From Bryobacteraceae bacterium (GTDB taxonomy: Bacteria; Acidobacteriota; Terriglobia; Bryobacterales; Bryobacteraceae): a stretch of DNA of 64,000 nt. Shown in pieces: positions 1 to 8,739 of the stretch; within the stretch, counting starts at the first letter, position 1, and every line of letters begins with the position of its first letter. The stretch is taken from the NCBI GenBank assembly GCA_037481575.1, contig JBBFLJ010000014.1:24134-88133 (forward strand), written 5' to 3'. The position numbers were made by a program, and so were the translations under genes. The notes beneath the pieces are model-generated. The model searched no databases. It was not told the DNA's origin and worked only from the letters and a program-made list of their open reading frames with translations.

Positions 1-2
1 TG

Positions 3-725
3 CCCTCCAGCTCCTCCCACGCCCTCATCGGCGGCTACGCCGGCGCTGCCATGGCCAAGGTCGGACTCACCCGCGGCTGGCTCTCCGTCTTTGACGCCAT
101 CGTCCCCTCGGGGTGGATCTCCACGATCCTCTTCATCTTCCTCGCCCCCATGATCGGACTCTCCCTCGGCTATTTGCTGATGGTGCTCGTCTTCTGGCTC
201 TTCCGCCACTCCTCGCCCCGGCGCATGGACGTCTGGTTCCGCCGCCTCCAGCTGGTCAGCTCCGGACTCTTCAGCTACTCGCACGGCGCCAACGACGCCC
301 AGAAGACGATGGGAATCATCACCAGCGTGCTGGTCGCCTCCGGCTTCCTGAAGACCTTCGATGTGCAGTGGTGGGTCGTCCTCGCCGCCCACGCCGCCAT
401 CGCCCTCGGCACCATGAGCGGAGGCTGGCGCATCGTCCACACCATGGGCGCCCGCCTCACCCGGCTCAAACCTCGGGGCGGCTTCTGCGCCGAAACCGCC
501 GGCGCCATCGCCATCCTGTTTCCCACCTACCTCAAGGTCCCTGTCTCCACCACCCATGTCATTACAGGCGCCATCGCCGGCGTAGGCTCCATCCAGCGCC
601 TCAAAGCCGTCCGGTGGGGGCTCGCTACCAATATCCTCTGGGCATGGATCCTCACCATCCCCATGTCCGCTCTCGTGGGCGCCTTCAGCTTCCTCCTGAT
701 CTTCTGGCTCACCGGTAGAGCCTGA
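3..725 (+). CDS. PiT-family inorganic phosphate transporter, C-terminal part (5' end lies outside the window)
   Basis: Frame 3 is open from base 3 (PSSSHALIGGYAGAA precedes the ATG at 51). The protein is polytopic and hydrophobic, with PiT signatures GANDAQKTMGII and VSTTHVITGAIAGVG. Stop TGA at 723-725. Confidence 0.85.
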   Translation, partial: PSSSSHALIGGYAGAAMAKVGLTRGWLSVFDAIVPSGWISTILFIFLAPMIGLSLGYLLMVLVFWLFRHSSPRRMDVWFRRLQLVSSGLFSYSHGANDAQKTMGIITSVLVASGFLKTFDVQWWVVLAAHAAIALGTMSGGWRIVHTMGARLTRLKPRGGFCAETAGAIAILFPTYLKVPVSTTHVITGAIAGVGSIQRLKAVRWGLATNILWAWILTIPMSALVGAFSFLLIFWLTGRA

Positions 726-729
726 ACCC

Positions 730-2505
730 ATGCCGGGCCGCACCCGCACCATCCGCAGCCCTCTCTTTCGCAAGCTCCTCATCGGCGCCTCCGCCCTCGT
801 CTTCGCCATGGGCGGACTCACCGATCTCCTCATGTCCCGCTTCACGCAGCAGAGCGAGGAGTCCGCCGTCCAGCGCTCCCTGCACGTCTCCGCCCGCCTC
901 CTCGCCCGCGAACTCGAGTCTCTCCCTCCCTCCCGCCTCGCCTCATGGGTTCGCAGCACCGACGCGCTTCTCTCCGCCCGCGTCACCGTCGTTGACTCTG
1001 CCAGCGGCGCAGTCCTGGCCGAATCCCGCCGCGAGCCCGGATCCATGGAGAACCATGCCACGCGCCCGGAGATCCGCGATGCCCTCCGCACGGGCCTCGG
1101 CGTCGCCAAGCGCCACTCCACCAGCGTCAACACCGATTTCCTCTATCTCGCCCTCCCCGCCCGCCTCGCCAACGGCCAGCCCGTCCTGCTCCGCCTCGCG
1201 GCTCCCCTCGCCGCCATTCAGTCCGCTGTCGCCGCCAACCGCTCGCGCATCCTTCGAGCCACCATCCTGCTCGCCGTCGCTGTCCTGGCTGCCGCCTACT
1301 TCTACACGCGATCCCTCACCCGCCGCATCCACCGCATCCAGTCCGCCGCCGAGGATCTCGCCGCCGGGCGCTTCGACTCCGCTCCGCTCCCGCCGGACTC
1401 CGGCAAGGACGAGCTCGGCGCTCTCGCCGCCTCCCTGCACCGCATGGCCGGAAACCTCCTCGAAATGGTCGAACTCGTCCGCAATGAGTCCGCCCGCCGC
1501 GAGGCCATCCTCTCCAGCATGCGCGAAGGCGTGCTCGCCGTGGACTCCTCCCTCCGCGTCACCTTCTGCAACCAGGCATTCCTCGATGCGGTCGTCGTTT
1601 CCTCCGCCCCCGCACCAGACACCCCTCTGGAGCAGATCGCGCCGGATCCCGCCCTCCTCGATCCCCTCTGGCAGGTCCTCGAACGCGGCGAAACCGTCCG
1701 CTCCAAGGTCTCCTTCCCCGCCAATCCCGGCCGCAGCTACGAACTCTGGGCCAAGCCCCTCGAGTTGAACCGCCAGCAAGGCGTCCTCGCCATCCTCCAC
1801 GACGTCACCGAACTCGAACGCCTCGAGCGCGTCCGCCGCGATTTCGTCGCCAATGTCTCCCACGAACTCCGCACCCCGCTCGCCGCCATCAGCGGCTACG
1901 CCGAAACCCTGCTCGACGGCGCCATCGACGACTCGCTCCACAACCGCCGCTTCCTCGAAATCATCCGCGCCAATGCCATCCGCCTGAACAACATTGCCTC
2001 CGATCTTCTCGTGCTCTCCGAACTCGAACAGCACCGCCCCGCGCAAGAGCCCGCCGAACCCGTTCCCCTCCAGCCCGTCATCGAAACTGTCGTCCGCACC
2101 GTGGAGTCCGCCGCCCGCCTCCGTCAGGTCCGGATCATCACCTCCCCCGCTCCGTGGTCCGTGCGCGCCCTGCGCTTCCGCCTCGAGCAGGCGCTCGTGA
2201 ACCTGCTCGACAACGCCGTCAAATTCAGCCACGAAAACTCCGAAGTCCGTGTCGAAACCTCCCGCGTGGATGGCATGATCGAGATCCACGTCATCGACCA
2301 CGGCATCGGCATCCCGGAAGAAGACATCCCCCGCATCTTCGAGCGCTTCTACCGCGTCGACAAGGCCCGCTCCCGCGAAGCCGGCGGCACCGGCCTCGGC
2401 CTCTCCATCGTGAAGCACATCGCCGAACTGTTCGGCGGCAGCGTCCGTGTCTCCAGCCGCCTCGGCCAGGGCTCCACCTTCACGCTCTCCCTTCCGGCCG
2501 CCTGA
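730..2505 (+). CDS. Sensor histidine kinase, PhoR-like (TM-HAMP-PAS-HisKA-HATPase)
   Basis: 591 aa. H-box DFVANVSHELRTPL, N-box LLDNAVKF, G-boxes DHGIGIP and GGTGLGLSIV. Starts 4 nt after the PiT gene stop. The phosphate-regulon role is inferred from the H-box type and neighbourhood only. Confidence 0.8.
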   Translation: MPGRTRTIRSPLFRKLLIGASALVFAMGGLTDLLMSRFTQQSEESAVQRSLHVSARLLARELESLPPSRLASWVRSTDALLSARVTVVDSASGAVLAESRREPGSMENHATRPEIRDALRTGLGVAKRHSTSVNTDFLYLALPARLANGQPVLLRLAAPLAAIQSAVAANRSRILRATILLAVAVLAAAYFYTRSLTRRIHRIQSAAEDLAAGRFDSAPLPPDSGKDELGALAASLHRMAGNLLEMVELVRNESARREAILSSMREGVLAVDSSLRVTFCNQAFLDAVVVSSAPAPDTPLEQIAPDPALLDPLWQVLERGETVRSKVSFPANPGRSYELWAKPLELNRQQGVLAILHDVTELERLERVRRDFVANVSHELRTPLAAISGYAETLLDGAIDDSLHNRRFLEIIRANAIRLNNIASDLLVLSELEQHRPAQEPAEPVPLQPVIETVVRTVESAARLRQVRIITSPAPWSVRALRFRLEQALVNLLDNAVKFSHENSEVRVETSRVDGMIEIHVIDHGIGIPEEDIPRIFERFYRVDKARSREAGGTGLGLSIVKHIAELFGGSVRVSSRLGQGSTFTLSLPAA

Positions 2506-2548
2506 GCCCTGTCTTTCCCTGCCCTGCAGAGTTACCCTGAATGTAATC

Positions 2549-4138
2549 ATGCGCCTCGGCATCGACTTCGGCACCACACGCATCGTGGCCGCTGCCGCCG
2601 ACCGCGGCAACTACCCGGTGATCTCCTTCGAGTGCCCCGACGGCGCTGCGCGCGAATGGGCCCCGCCCCTGATCGCCTTCAAGGACGGCAAACGCCTCTA
2701 CGGCTGGGACGCCTGGGCCGCCCAGGGCTCGGAGGGCGCCACGGTCCTTCGCTCCATCAAACGCGTCCTCTCCTGCTCCGGCCCCGAAACCCTCGTCGAA
2801 CTCGCCGGCCACACCGTCCGCCTCGCCACGCTTCTCGAGGAACTCCTCGGCTGGCTCCACAACGCCCTGCTGCATTCCTCTTCCCTGCCCCGCCGCGGCC
2901 AAGGGGCCCTCGAGGTCCTGCTTGGCGTCCCCGCCAACGCCAACTCCAACCAGCGCTTCCTCACCACGGAAGCCTTCCGCGCCGCCGGATTCCACGTCCT
3001 CGGCCTTCTGAACGAACCTTCCGCCGCCAGCATCGAGTTCTCCCACCGGCTCGACTCCTCCGGCCTCTCCGCCCCCCAGCGCATCCTGGTCTACGATCTC
3101 GGCGGCGGCACCTTCGATGCCTCGCTGGTCTTCCGCGACGGCGAATCTCACATCGTCGAAGCCACCGAAAGCATCCCCACCCTCGGCGGCGACGACTTCG
3201 ACGACGTCCTCGCGTCCCTTGCCCTCGAAAAGGCCGGCCTCGCCTCCGAACGCGACTCCCTCTCGCAAGCCGAGGAATTCCTCCTGCTCGAAGAATGCCG
3301 CGAAAAGAAGGAATCCCTCCACCCCAACACCCGCCGCCTGATGATCGACCTCGACCGCGTCCGCCCCGGCTGGCCCGTCATCCCCGTCCCTGTCGCCGAT
3401 TTTTACGATCAGCTCTCGCCCCTCGTCGAAGAAACGCTGCACGCCACCGCCGACCTGCTCGACCGCGCCCCCTCGTCTGCCCCCATCACCCTCTACGTCA
3501 CCGGCGGCGCCAGCGAACTCCCCCTCGTGAGCCGGATGCTGCGCGAACGCTTCGGACGCCGCGTCCGCCGCTCTGCCTACACCCGCGCCGCCACCGCCAT
3601 CGGTCTCGCCATTCAGTCTTCCTCCCACGCCCCGGCTATCCTGCGCGAACGATTCACCCGCTTCTTCGGCGTCTGGCGCGAGGCCGAAGAAGGCCGCGTC
3701 ATCGTCTTCGATCCCCTCTTCGAACAGGGCCTCGAACTGCCCGCCCCCGGCGCCCCGCCGCTCACCCGCACGCGCCGCTACTTCCCCGCCCACAACATCG
3801 GCCATTTCCGCTATCTCGAGTGCTCCCACCGCGCCCCCTCGGGCGAGCCCGCCGGCGACATCACTCCATGGGACGAGATCCGCTTCCCCTTCGATCCCCG
3901 CCTCGCCTCCGTCGCCGACCTGCAAAACGTGCCCGTGGAGCGCAGCCATGAAGCCGCCCGCCAGCTCATCGAAGAGAGCTACTCGGTCGATGCCAGCGGC
4001 TCGGTCACTGTCGTCATCTCCAACCTCACCGCCGGCTACCGCCGCGAATACCGCCTCGGCCAGTGGGCCTCCGCCCAGAAAACCATCCGCCGGACCTCGC
4101 CCGCCTCGCGCCCGCGCAAACGCTCCGCTTCCCGCTGA
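2549..4138 (+). CDS. Hsp70/actin-fold ATPase (DnaK-like nucleotide-binding domain) with a non-canonical C-terminal domain
   Basis: In-frame ATG at 2549 (MRLGIDFGTTRIV). Phosphate-1 motif GIDFGTT, phosphate-2 VYDLGGGTFD, adenosine motif YVTGGASELP. The last ~160 aa do not resemble a DnaK substrate-binding domain. The ORF-track start at 2447 overlaps the kinase gene and is rejected. Confidence 0.75.
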   Translation: MRLGIDFGTTRIVAAAADRGNYPVISFECPDGAAREWAPPLIAFKDGKRLYGWDAWAAQGSEGATVLRSIKRVLSCSGPETLVELAGHTVRLATLLEELLGWLHNALLHSSSLPRRGQGALEVLLGVPANANSNQRFLTTEAFRAAGFHVLGLLNEPSAASIEFSHRLDSSGLSAPQRILVYDLGGGTFDASLVFRDGESHIVEATESIPTLGGDDFDDVLASLALEKAGLASERDSLSQAEEFLLLEECREKKESLHPNTRRLMIDLDRVRPGWPVIPVPVADFYDQLSPLVEETLHATADLLDRAPSSAPITLYVTGGASELPLVSRMLRERFGRRVRRSAYTRAATAIGLAIQSSSHAPAILRERFTRFFGVWREAEEGRVIVFDPLFEQGLELPAPGAPPLTRTRRYFPAHNIGHFRYLECSHRAPSGEPAGDITPWDEIRFPFDPRLASVADLQNVPVERSHEAARQLIEESYSVDASGSVTVVISNLTAGYRREYRLGQWASAQKTIRRTSPASRPRKRSASR

Positions 4139-4257
4139 AAGGCCCCTGCAGCAGCCCGAATGGTCGTGACAGGCGGCTCGCATCTCATGGAGTCCGGGTC
4201 GGGATCGACTCGATTCTTGTGCGGCTCTTCCACTTCCCCCGGCGCTTGCTCTGCGCG

Positions 4258-4628
4258 GTTCCCCCGACGCTTGCGCCGGGGCCGCGTTTGCTCCCGTTGC
4301 TTTCGTTTTGCGCTGCACTGGCGCAGTTCCCCCGGCGCTTGCGCCGGGGCCGCACTGTACGCCCTGTTCCCCCGATGCTTGCATCGGGGCCGCGCATCCT
4401 TCGCATTTCCCCCGACGCTTGCATCGGGGCCGCGTTGCTCGCCCAGCCTGCGTTTGGTGCTGTTCCCTCGATGGAACTCCCCTCCACTGCCATCCACCGC
4501 CGCCCCCTTAAAACATGATCCGCGGCGTCAATGCCTGGCCGGCATGTTTTCTGGATGATTCTTGGCCCCCCTGCACTGCCCCGTAAGCCTCGCTGCAAGC
4601 GCAGCCCCGACGCAAGCGTCGGGGGAAT
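4258..4628. repeat. Copy 1 of a ~371-bp composite block (4 forward REP-like elements, 167-bp core, 1 inverted REP-like element)
   Basis: Aligns base for base with 4864-5234 at an offset of 606 bp, with about six mismatches by eye. The forward element 4406-4433 and inverted element 4601-4628 flank the 167-bp core like terminal inverted repeats. Confidence 0.85.
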
Positions 4629-4863
4629 TCGCGAAGGGAAGTGCGGGGCAACAGCACCAGCCACGGAGCCCTGCCTCCGATTTGCCCTGGAATCAATCCC
4701 TGGAAGACTCACGGGCGAATCCGCGCCCACGGGCCCTGCCACGAAAACCCCGGCCCTTGCGCCGGGGCCGCGCTGCGTGCCCTGTTCCCCCGACGCTTGC
4801 GTCGGGGCCGCACTATACGCCCTGTTCCCCCGATGCTTGCATCGGGGCCGCGCATCCTTCGCA

Positions 4864-5234
4864 TTTCCCCCGACGCTTGCGTCGGGGCCGCGTTTGCTCC
4901 CGTTGCTTTCGTTTTGCGCTGCACTGGCGCAGTTCCCCCGGCGCTTGCGCCGGGGCCGCACTGTACGCCCTGTTCCCCCGATGCTTGCATCGGGGCCGCG
5001 CATCCTTCGCATTTCCCCCGACGCTTGCATCGGGGCCGCGTTGCTCGCCCAGCCTGCGTTTGGTGCTGTTCCCTCGATGGAACTCCCCTCCACTGCCATC
5101 CACCGCCGCCCCCTTAAAACATGATCCGCGGCGTCAATGCCTGGCCGGCATGTTTTCTGGATGATTCTTGGCTCCCCTGCACTGCCCCGTTAGCCTCCCT
5201 GCAAGCGCAGCCCCGACGCAAGCGTCGGGGGAAC
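4864..5234. repeat. Copy 2 of the ~371-bp composite block
   Basis: Near-identical to 4258-4628. The forward element 5012-5039 and inverted element 5207-5234 flank the same 167-bp core (5040-5206). Confidence 0.85.
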
Positions 5235-5298
5235 CCGGAGAGGATCGCGCCGGCCCGGCCTTCTCCCCCCGCCTTGCTATTCTGGTGTTTTCACCTGC

Positions 5299-6321
5299 AT
5301 GCTGGAATCCACGCTCGCTGACATCGAATCGCGCGCCCTCGCCGCCATCGATGCCGCGCCCGACGCCGCCGCCCTCGAGCAGGTCCGCGTCGAATTCCTC
5401 GGCCGCAAGGGCGCCCTCACGATCGCCGCCAAGGAACTCCCTTCGCTCCCCCCGGAGGACCGCGCCCGGGTCGGACGCCTGCTGAACACCGTCCGCCGGA
5501 CCCTGGAAGAGCGCTTCCAGCAAAAGTCCGCGTGGTTTGAAGAGCAGGCTCTCCGCGCCCGCCTCGACGCCGAATGGCTCGACCTCACCCTGCCCGCTCC
5601 CGGCGTCCGCCCCGGATCGCTCCACCCCCTCACCCGCATCCAGAAGGAACTCGAAGATCTCTTCACCAGCCTTGGGTTCGCCATCGTCGACGGGCCTGAA
5701 GTCGAAACCGAATGGCACAACTTCGACGCCCTCAATATTCCGCCCACGCACCCCGCCCGCGACGCCCAGGATACCTTCTGGCTGGAAAACGGCCACGTCC
5801 TCCGCACCCACACCTCTCCGGTGCAGATCCGCGCCATGGAGCGCTTCGGCGCGCCGCTGCGCATCATCGCCCCCGGCCGCGTCTTCCGCAACGAAGAAGT
5901 CGACGCCAGCCACGAACACACCTTCTACCAGCTCGAGGGCATGATGATCGATCGCGACGTCAGCATCGGCCACATGCTCTACTTCATGACCACCCTGCTG
6001 GAAGCCATCTTCGGCCGCCGCGTCGAAGTCCGCCTCCGCCCCGGCTTCTTCCCCTTCGTCGAACCCGGCTTCGAGCTCGACATCCAGTGCCTGCTGTGCT
6101 CGGGCCAGGGCTGCCCGGTGTGCAAGCAGAGCGGATGGGTGGAACTGCTCCCCTGCGGGCTCGTCCACCCCAATGTCCTCCGCGCCGGCGGCATCAACCC
6201 CGACGAGTGGAACGGCTTCGCCTTCGGCCTCGGCCTCACCCGCCTCGTCATGATGCGCTACTCGATCGACGACATCCGCCTGCTGCAGTCGGGCGACCTC
6301 CGCTTCCTCCAGCAGTTCTAG
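5299..6321 (+). CDS. pheS: Phenylalanine--tRNA ligase alpha subunit
   Basis: 340 aa. Class II aaRS motifs, including FRNEEVDASHEHTFYQLEGMMID and GFAFGLGLTRLVMMRY. Typical N-terminal coiled coil ending in LGRKG. Directly upstream of pheT. Confidence 0.95.
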   Translation: MLESTLADIESRALAAIDAAPDAAALEQVRVEFLGRKGALTIAAKELPSLPPEDRARVGRLLNTVRRTLEERFQQKSAWFEEQALRARLDAEWLDLTLPAPGVRPGSLHPLTRIQKELEDLFTSLGFAIVDGPEVETEWHNFDALNIPPTHPARDAQDTFWLENGHVLRTHTSPVQIRAMERFGAPLRIIAPGRVFRNEEVDASHEHTFYQLEGMMIDRDVSIGHMLYFMTTLLEAIFGRRVEVRLRPGFFPFVEPGFELDIQCLLCSGQGCPVCKQSGWVELLPCGLVHPNVLRAGGINPDEWNGFAFGLGLTRLVMMRYSIDDIRLLQSGDLRFLQQF

Positions 6322-6333
6322 AGGTGTTCTGCC

Positions 6334-8682
6334 GTGAAGCTCTCCTGTAACTGGCTTCGCCAGCTCGTCCCCGGTCTCGACCTCGCGCCCCGCGACCTCG
6401 CGCGCCTCATCACCATGAAAACCGCCGAGTGCGAGGGCGTCGAGCCCTTCGCCCCGTGGCTCGAGGCCGTCGTCTGCGCCCGCGTTCTCTCGGTGGAGCC
6501 CATCGAAGGCTCCCGCAACGTCCGCGCCGTCGTTGACGCAGGCCCCGAATACGGCCATCGTACAGTCGTCTGCGGCGCCCCCAACTGCCGCCCCGGCCTC
6601 CTGACCGCCTTCGTTCCCCCGGGCGTCACGGTCGCCGGCGGCAAGCACGTCCGCACCGCCATCATCCAGGGCGTCGAAAGCCAGGGCATGCTCGCCTCCG
6701 GCGCCGAGCTCGGCCTGAACCGAGACTCCGCCGGCATCCTCGAACTCGAAGGCGTCCAGCCCGGCGATCCCCTCCCCGGCTGCCCCGTCGACCACATCAT
6801 CGAAGTCGACAACAAGAGCCTCACGCACCGCCCCGACCTCTGGGGCCACCTCGGCATGGCCCGCGAAGTGGCCGCCTTCTCCTCCCTCCCCCTCGCCGAT
6901 CCCGTCCACCTCGACCTCATTCCCTCGGCGCCCCCAGCCTGGAAGGTCGACATCCGCGACTTCGACCTCTGCCCCCGCTACTCCGCGCTCGTCTTCGAAA
7001 ACGTCACCGTCGGCCCCTCCCCCCTCTGGCTCCAGGCGCGCCTCGAAGCCATCGGCCTCAACCCCATCTCCAACATCGTCGACGTCACCAACTACGTCAT
7101 GGCCGAGCTCTCCGAGCCCATGCACGCCTTCGACGCCGACCGCCTCCACGGCGACACCATCATCGTCCGCCGCGCCCTCGAAGGCGAATCCTTCGACGCC
7201 CTGAACGGCCAGTCCTACACGCTCTCCCCCTCCAATCTCGTCATTGCCGACTTGCGCGGCGCCGTCGCCCTCGCCGGCGTCATCGGCGGCGCCGGCTCCG
7301 CCATCAGCAGCTCCACCACCAGAATCGTTCTCGAAAGCGCCAACTTCGAGCCCTCCTCCATCCGGCTCACCTCTGCCGCCCTCAAGCTGCGCACGGACGC
7401 CTCCATGCGCTTCGAAAAGGCGCAGGACCCCGTCAACACCGTCCGCGCTCTCGCCCGCGCCATTGAACTCTTCCAGCTCGTCTCCCCGGGCATCCGCCTT
7501 GTCGGCGGGCTCGTCGACTCCTGGCGGCAAGCGCCCCCGCCGCCCCCCATTCAGCTCGATCTGGACTGGCTCGAACGCCGCCTCGGCCGCTCCATCTCGC
7601 CCGCCGAGGTCCGCCGCATCCTCGAATCGCTCTCCTTTACCGTCGCCGAATCCGCGCCGCGCGTCTTCTCCGTCTCCGTCCCCTCATGGCGCGCCACGCG
7701 CGACATCTCCATCCGCGAAGATCTCCTCGAAGAGGTGGGCCGCATGGTCGGCTACGACACCGTGCCCCCCGCAGCCCCTCTGCTGCCCGCCCGCCGCCCG
7801 TGGATCAACCAGGAACGCCTCTTCCACCACGCCGTCCGCCAGATGGCCTCCGCGCAGGGCTTCACCGAGGTCTCCAACTACTCGTTCCTCAGCGAGGAAG
7901 CCGCCGCGCGCTTCGGCTTCGATCCCGCCGCCCTGCTGCGCGTCGCCAACCCCATCTCCGTCGAACAAACGCTGCTCCGGCCCAGCCTCGTCCCCGGCAT
8001 CCACAAAAACATTCTCGACAACTCGCGTTTTTACTCCTCCTTCCGCATCTTCGAAATCGGCGTCGAGATCCATAAGCGCGAGGGCCGGGAACTCCCTGAC
8101 GAAATCCCGCACTTCGCCGCTGCCATTTACTCCCGCAGCGGCGACGGTCAGGAAGGCCTCTTCGAACTGAAGCGCCTCGCCGAATGCCTGATGCCCGGCT
8201 GCGAGGCGCGCCCCGCCGAAGCACGCCTCTTTGAACATCCGGCGCGCGCCGCCGCCATCGAGTGGCGCGGCGAAACGCTCGGCCGCCTCTTCGAATTCCA
8301 CCCCCGCCTCATCGAGCAAGGCCGCGCCGCCGTGCTCGACGTCGACCTCGCCCGCCTCTTCGCCCTCGGGCCGCTGCCCGTCAAATACCAGCCCCCGCGC
8401 CGCTTCCCGTCGAGCGAATTCGATCTCTCCGTCGTCGCCGGACTCCGCGTCCTGTGTGCAGAGCTTGCCGCCCTCATCCGCAGCGCCGCCGGCCCCCTCT
8501 GCGAGCGCGTCGCCTACTTGTACTCCTACCGCGGCAAGCCTCTGCCCGAAGACCGCCAGAGCCTCACCTTCCGCATAACCCTCGGCGCCCCGGACCGGAC
8601 CCTGTCCAGCGACGAAGTCGCCCAGGTGCGCTCCAAGATCATCGAGGCCCTCACCGCCGCAGGCTACTCGCTCCGCCAGTAG
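6334..8682 (+). CDS. pheT: Phenylalanine--tRNA ligase beta subunit
   Basis: 782 aa with a GTG start. N-terminal MKLSCNWLRQLV plus a tRNA-binding OB region, then B3/4 and B5 regions and a C-terminal anticodon-binding-like domain. Lies 12 nt after pheS. Confidence 0.93.
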   Translation: MKLSCNWLRQLVPGLDLAPRDLARLITMKTAECEGVEPFAPWLEAVVCARVLSVEPIEGSRNVRAVVDAGPEYGHRTVVCGAPNCRPGLLTAFVPPGVTVAGGKHVRTAIIQGVESQGMLASGAELGLNRDSAGILELEGVQPGDPLPGCPVDHIIEVDNKSLTHRPDLWGHLGMAREVAAFSSLPLADPVHLDLIPSAPPAWKVDIRDFDLCPRYSALVFENVTVGPSPLWLQARLEAIGLNPISNIVDVTNYVMAELSEPMHAFDADRLHGDTIIVRRALEGESFDALNGQSYTLSPSNLVIADLRGAVALAGVIGGAGSAISSSTTRIVLESANFEPSSIRLTSAALKLRTDASMRFEKAQDPVNTVRALARAIELFQLVSPGIRLVGGLVDSWRQAPPPPPIQLDLDWLERRLGRSISPAEVRRILESLSFTVAESAPRVFSVSVPSWRATRDISIREDLLEEVGRMVGYDTVPPAAPLLPARRPWINQERLFHHAVRQMASAQGFTEVSNYSFLSEEAAARFGFDPAALLRVANPISVEQTLLRPSLVPGIHKNILDNSRFYSSFRIFEIGVEIHKREGRELPDEIPHFAAAIYSRSGDGQEGLFELKRLAECLMPGCEARPAEARLFEHPARAAAIEWRGETLGRLFEFHPRLIEQGRAAVLDVDLARLFALGPLPVKYQPPRRFPSSEFDLSVVAGLRVLCAELAALIRSAAGPLCERVAYLYSYRGKPLPEDRQSLTFRITLGAPDRTLSSDEVAQVRSKIIEALTAAGYSLRQ

Positions 8683-8739
8683 CCGCGGCGCAGATCCGGG
8701 CGCGCCTCAGCCGCGGTCTGCTCTGCCGCCTGCGCGGAC

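Larger units (their letters stand above)
4234..5234. repeat. Array of 13 copies (plus one degenerate half copy) of a 28-nt palindromic REP-like element, consensus GTTCCCCCGACGCTTGCGTCGGGGCCGC
   Basis: Forward copies read off the sequence: 4258-4285, 4326-4353, 4366-4393, 4406-4433, 4745-4771 (degenerate), 4784-4811, 4824-4851, 4864-4891, 4932-4959, 4972-4999 and 5012-5039. Inverted copies: 4601-4628 and 5207-5234. Each holds a 9-bp stem CCCCGACGC/GCGTCGGGG around a TT loop. The array lies in the 1.16-kb non-coding gap between the Hsp70-like gene and pheS. Confidence 0.9.

Noticed and set aside
4258-5039. Possible CRISPR array: regularly spaced 28-nt repeats
   Set aside because: The intervening segments are only 12 nt in the phased triplets, or 40 and 167 nt elsewhere. 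The 12-nt linkers themselves recur almost identically. Two copies are inverted. No cas genes or leader are present. The pattern fits REP/BIME-like elements, not CRISPR.
4185-5099. 304-aa minus-strand ORF and several 60-200-aa ORFs in all frames across the repeat region (for example 4531..5124, 4562..5164, 4063..4518)
   Set aside because: Their open frames result from stop-poor GC-rich repeats. The translated sequences are internally duplicated copies of the palindrome translation (RGPDASVGGT and similar). They overlap one another in multiple frames.
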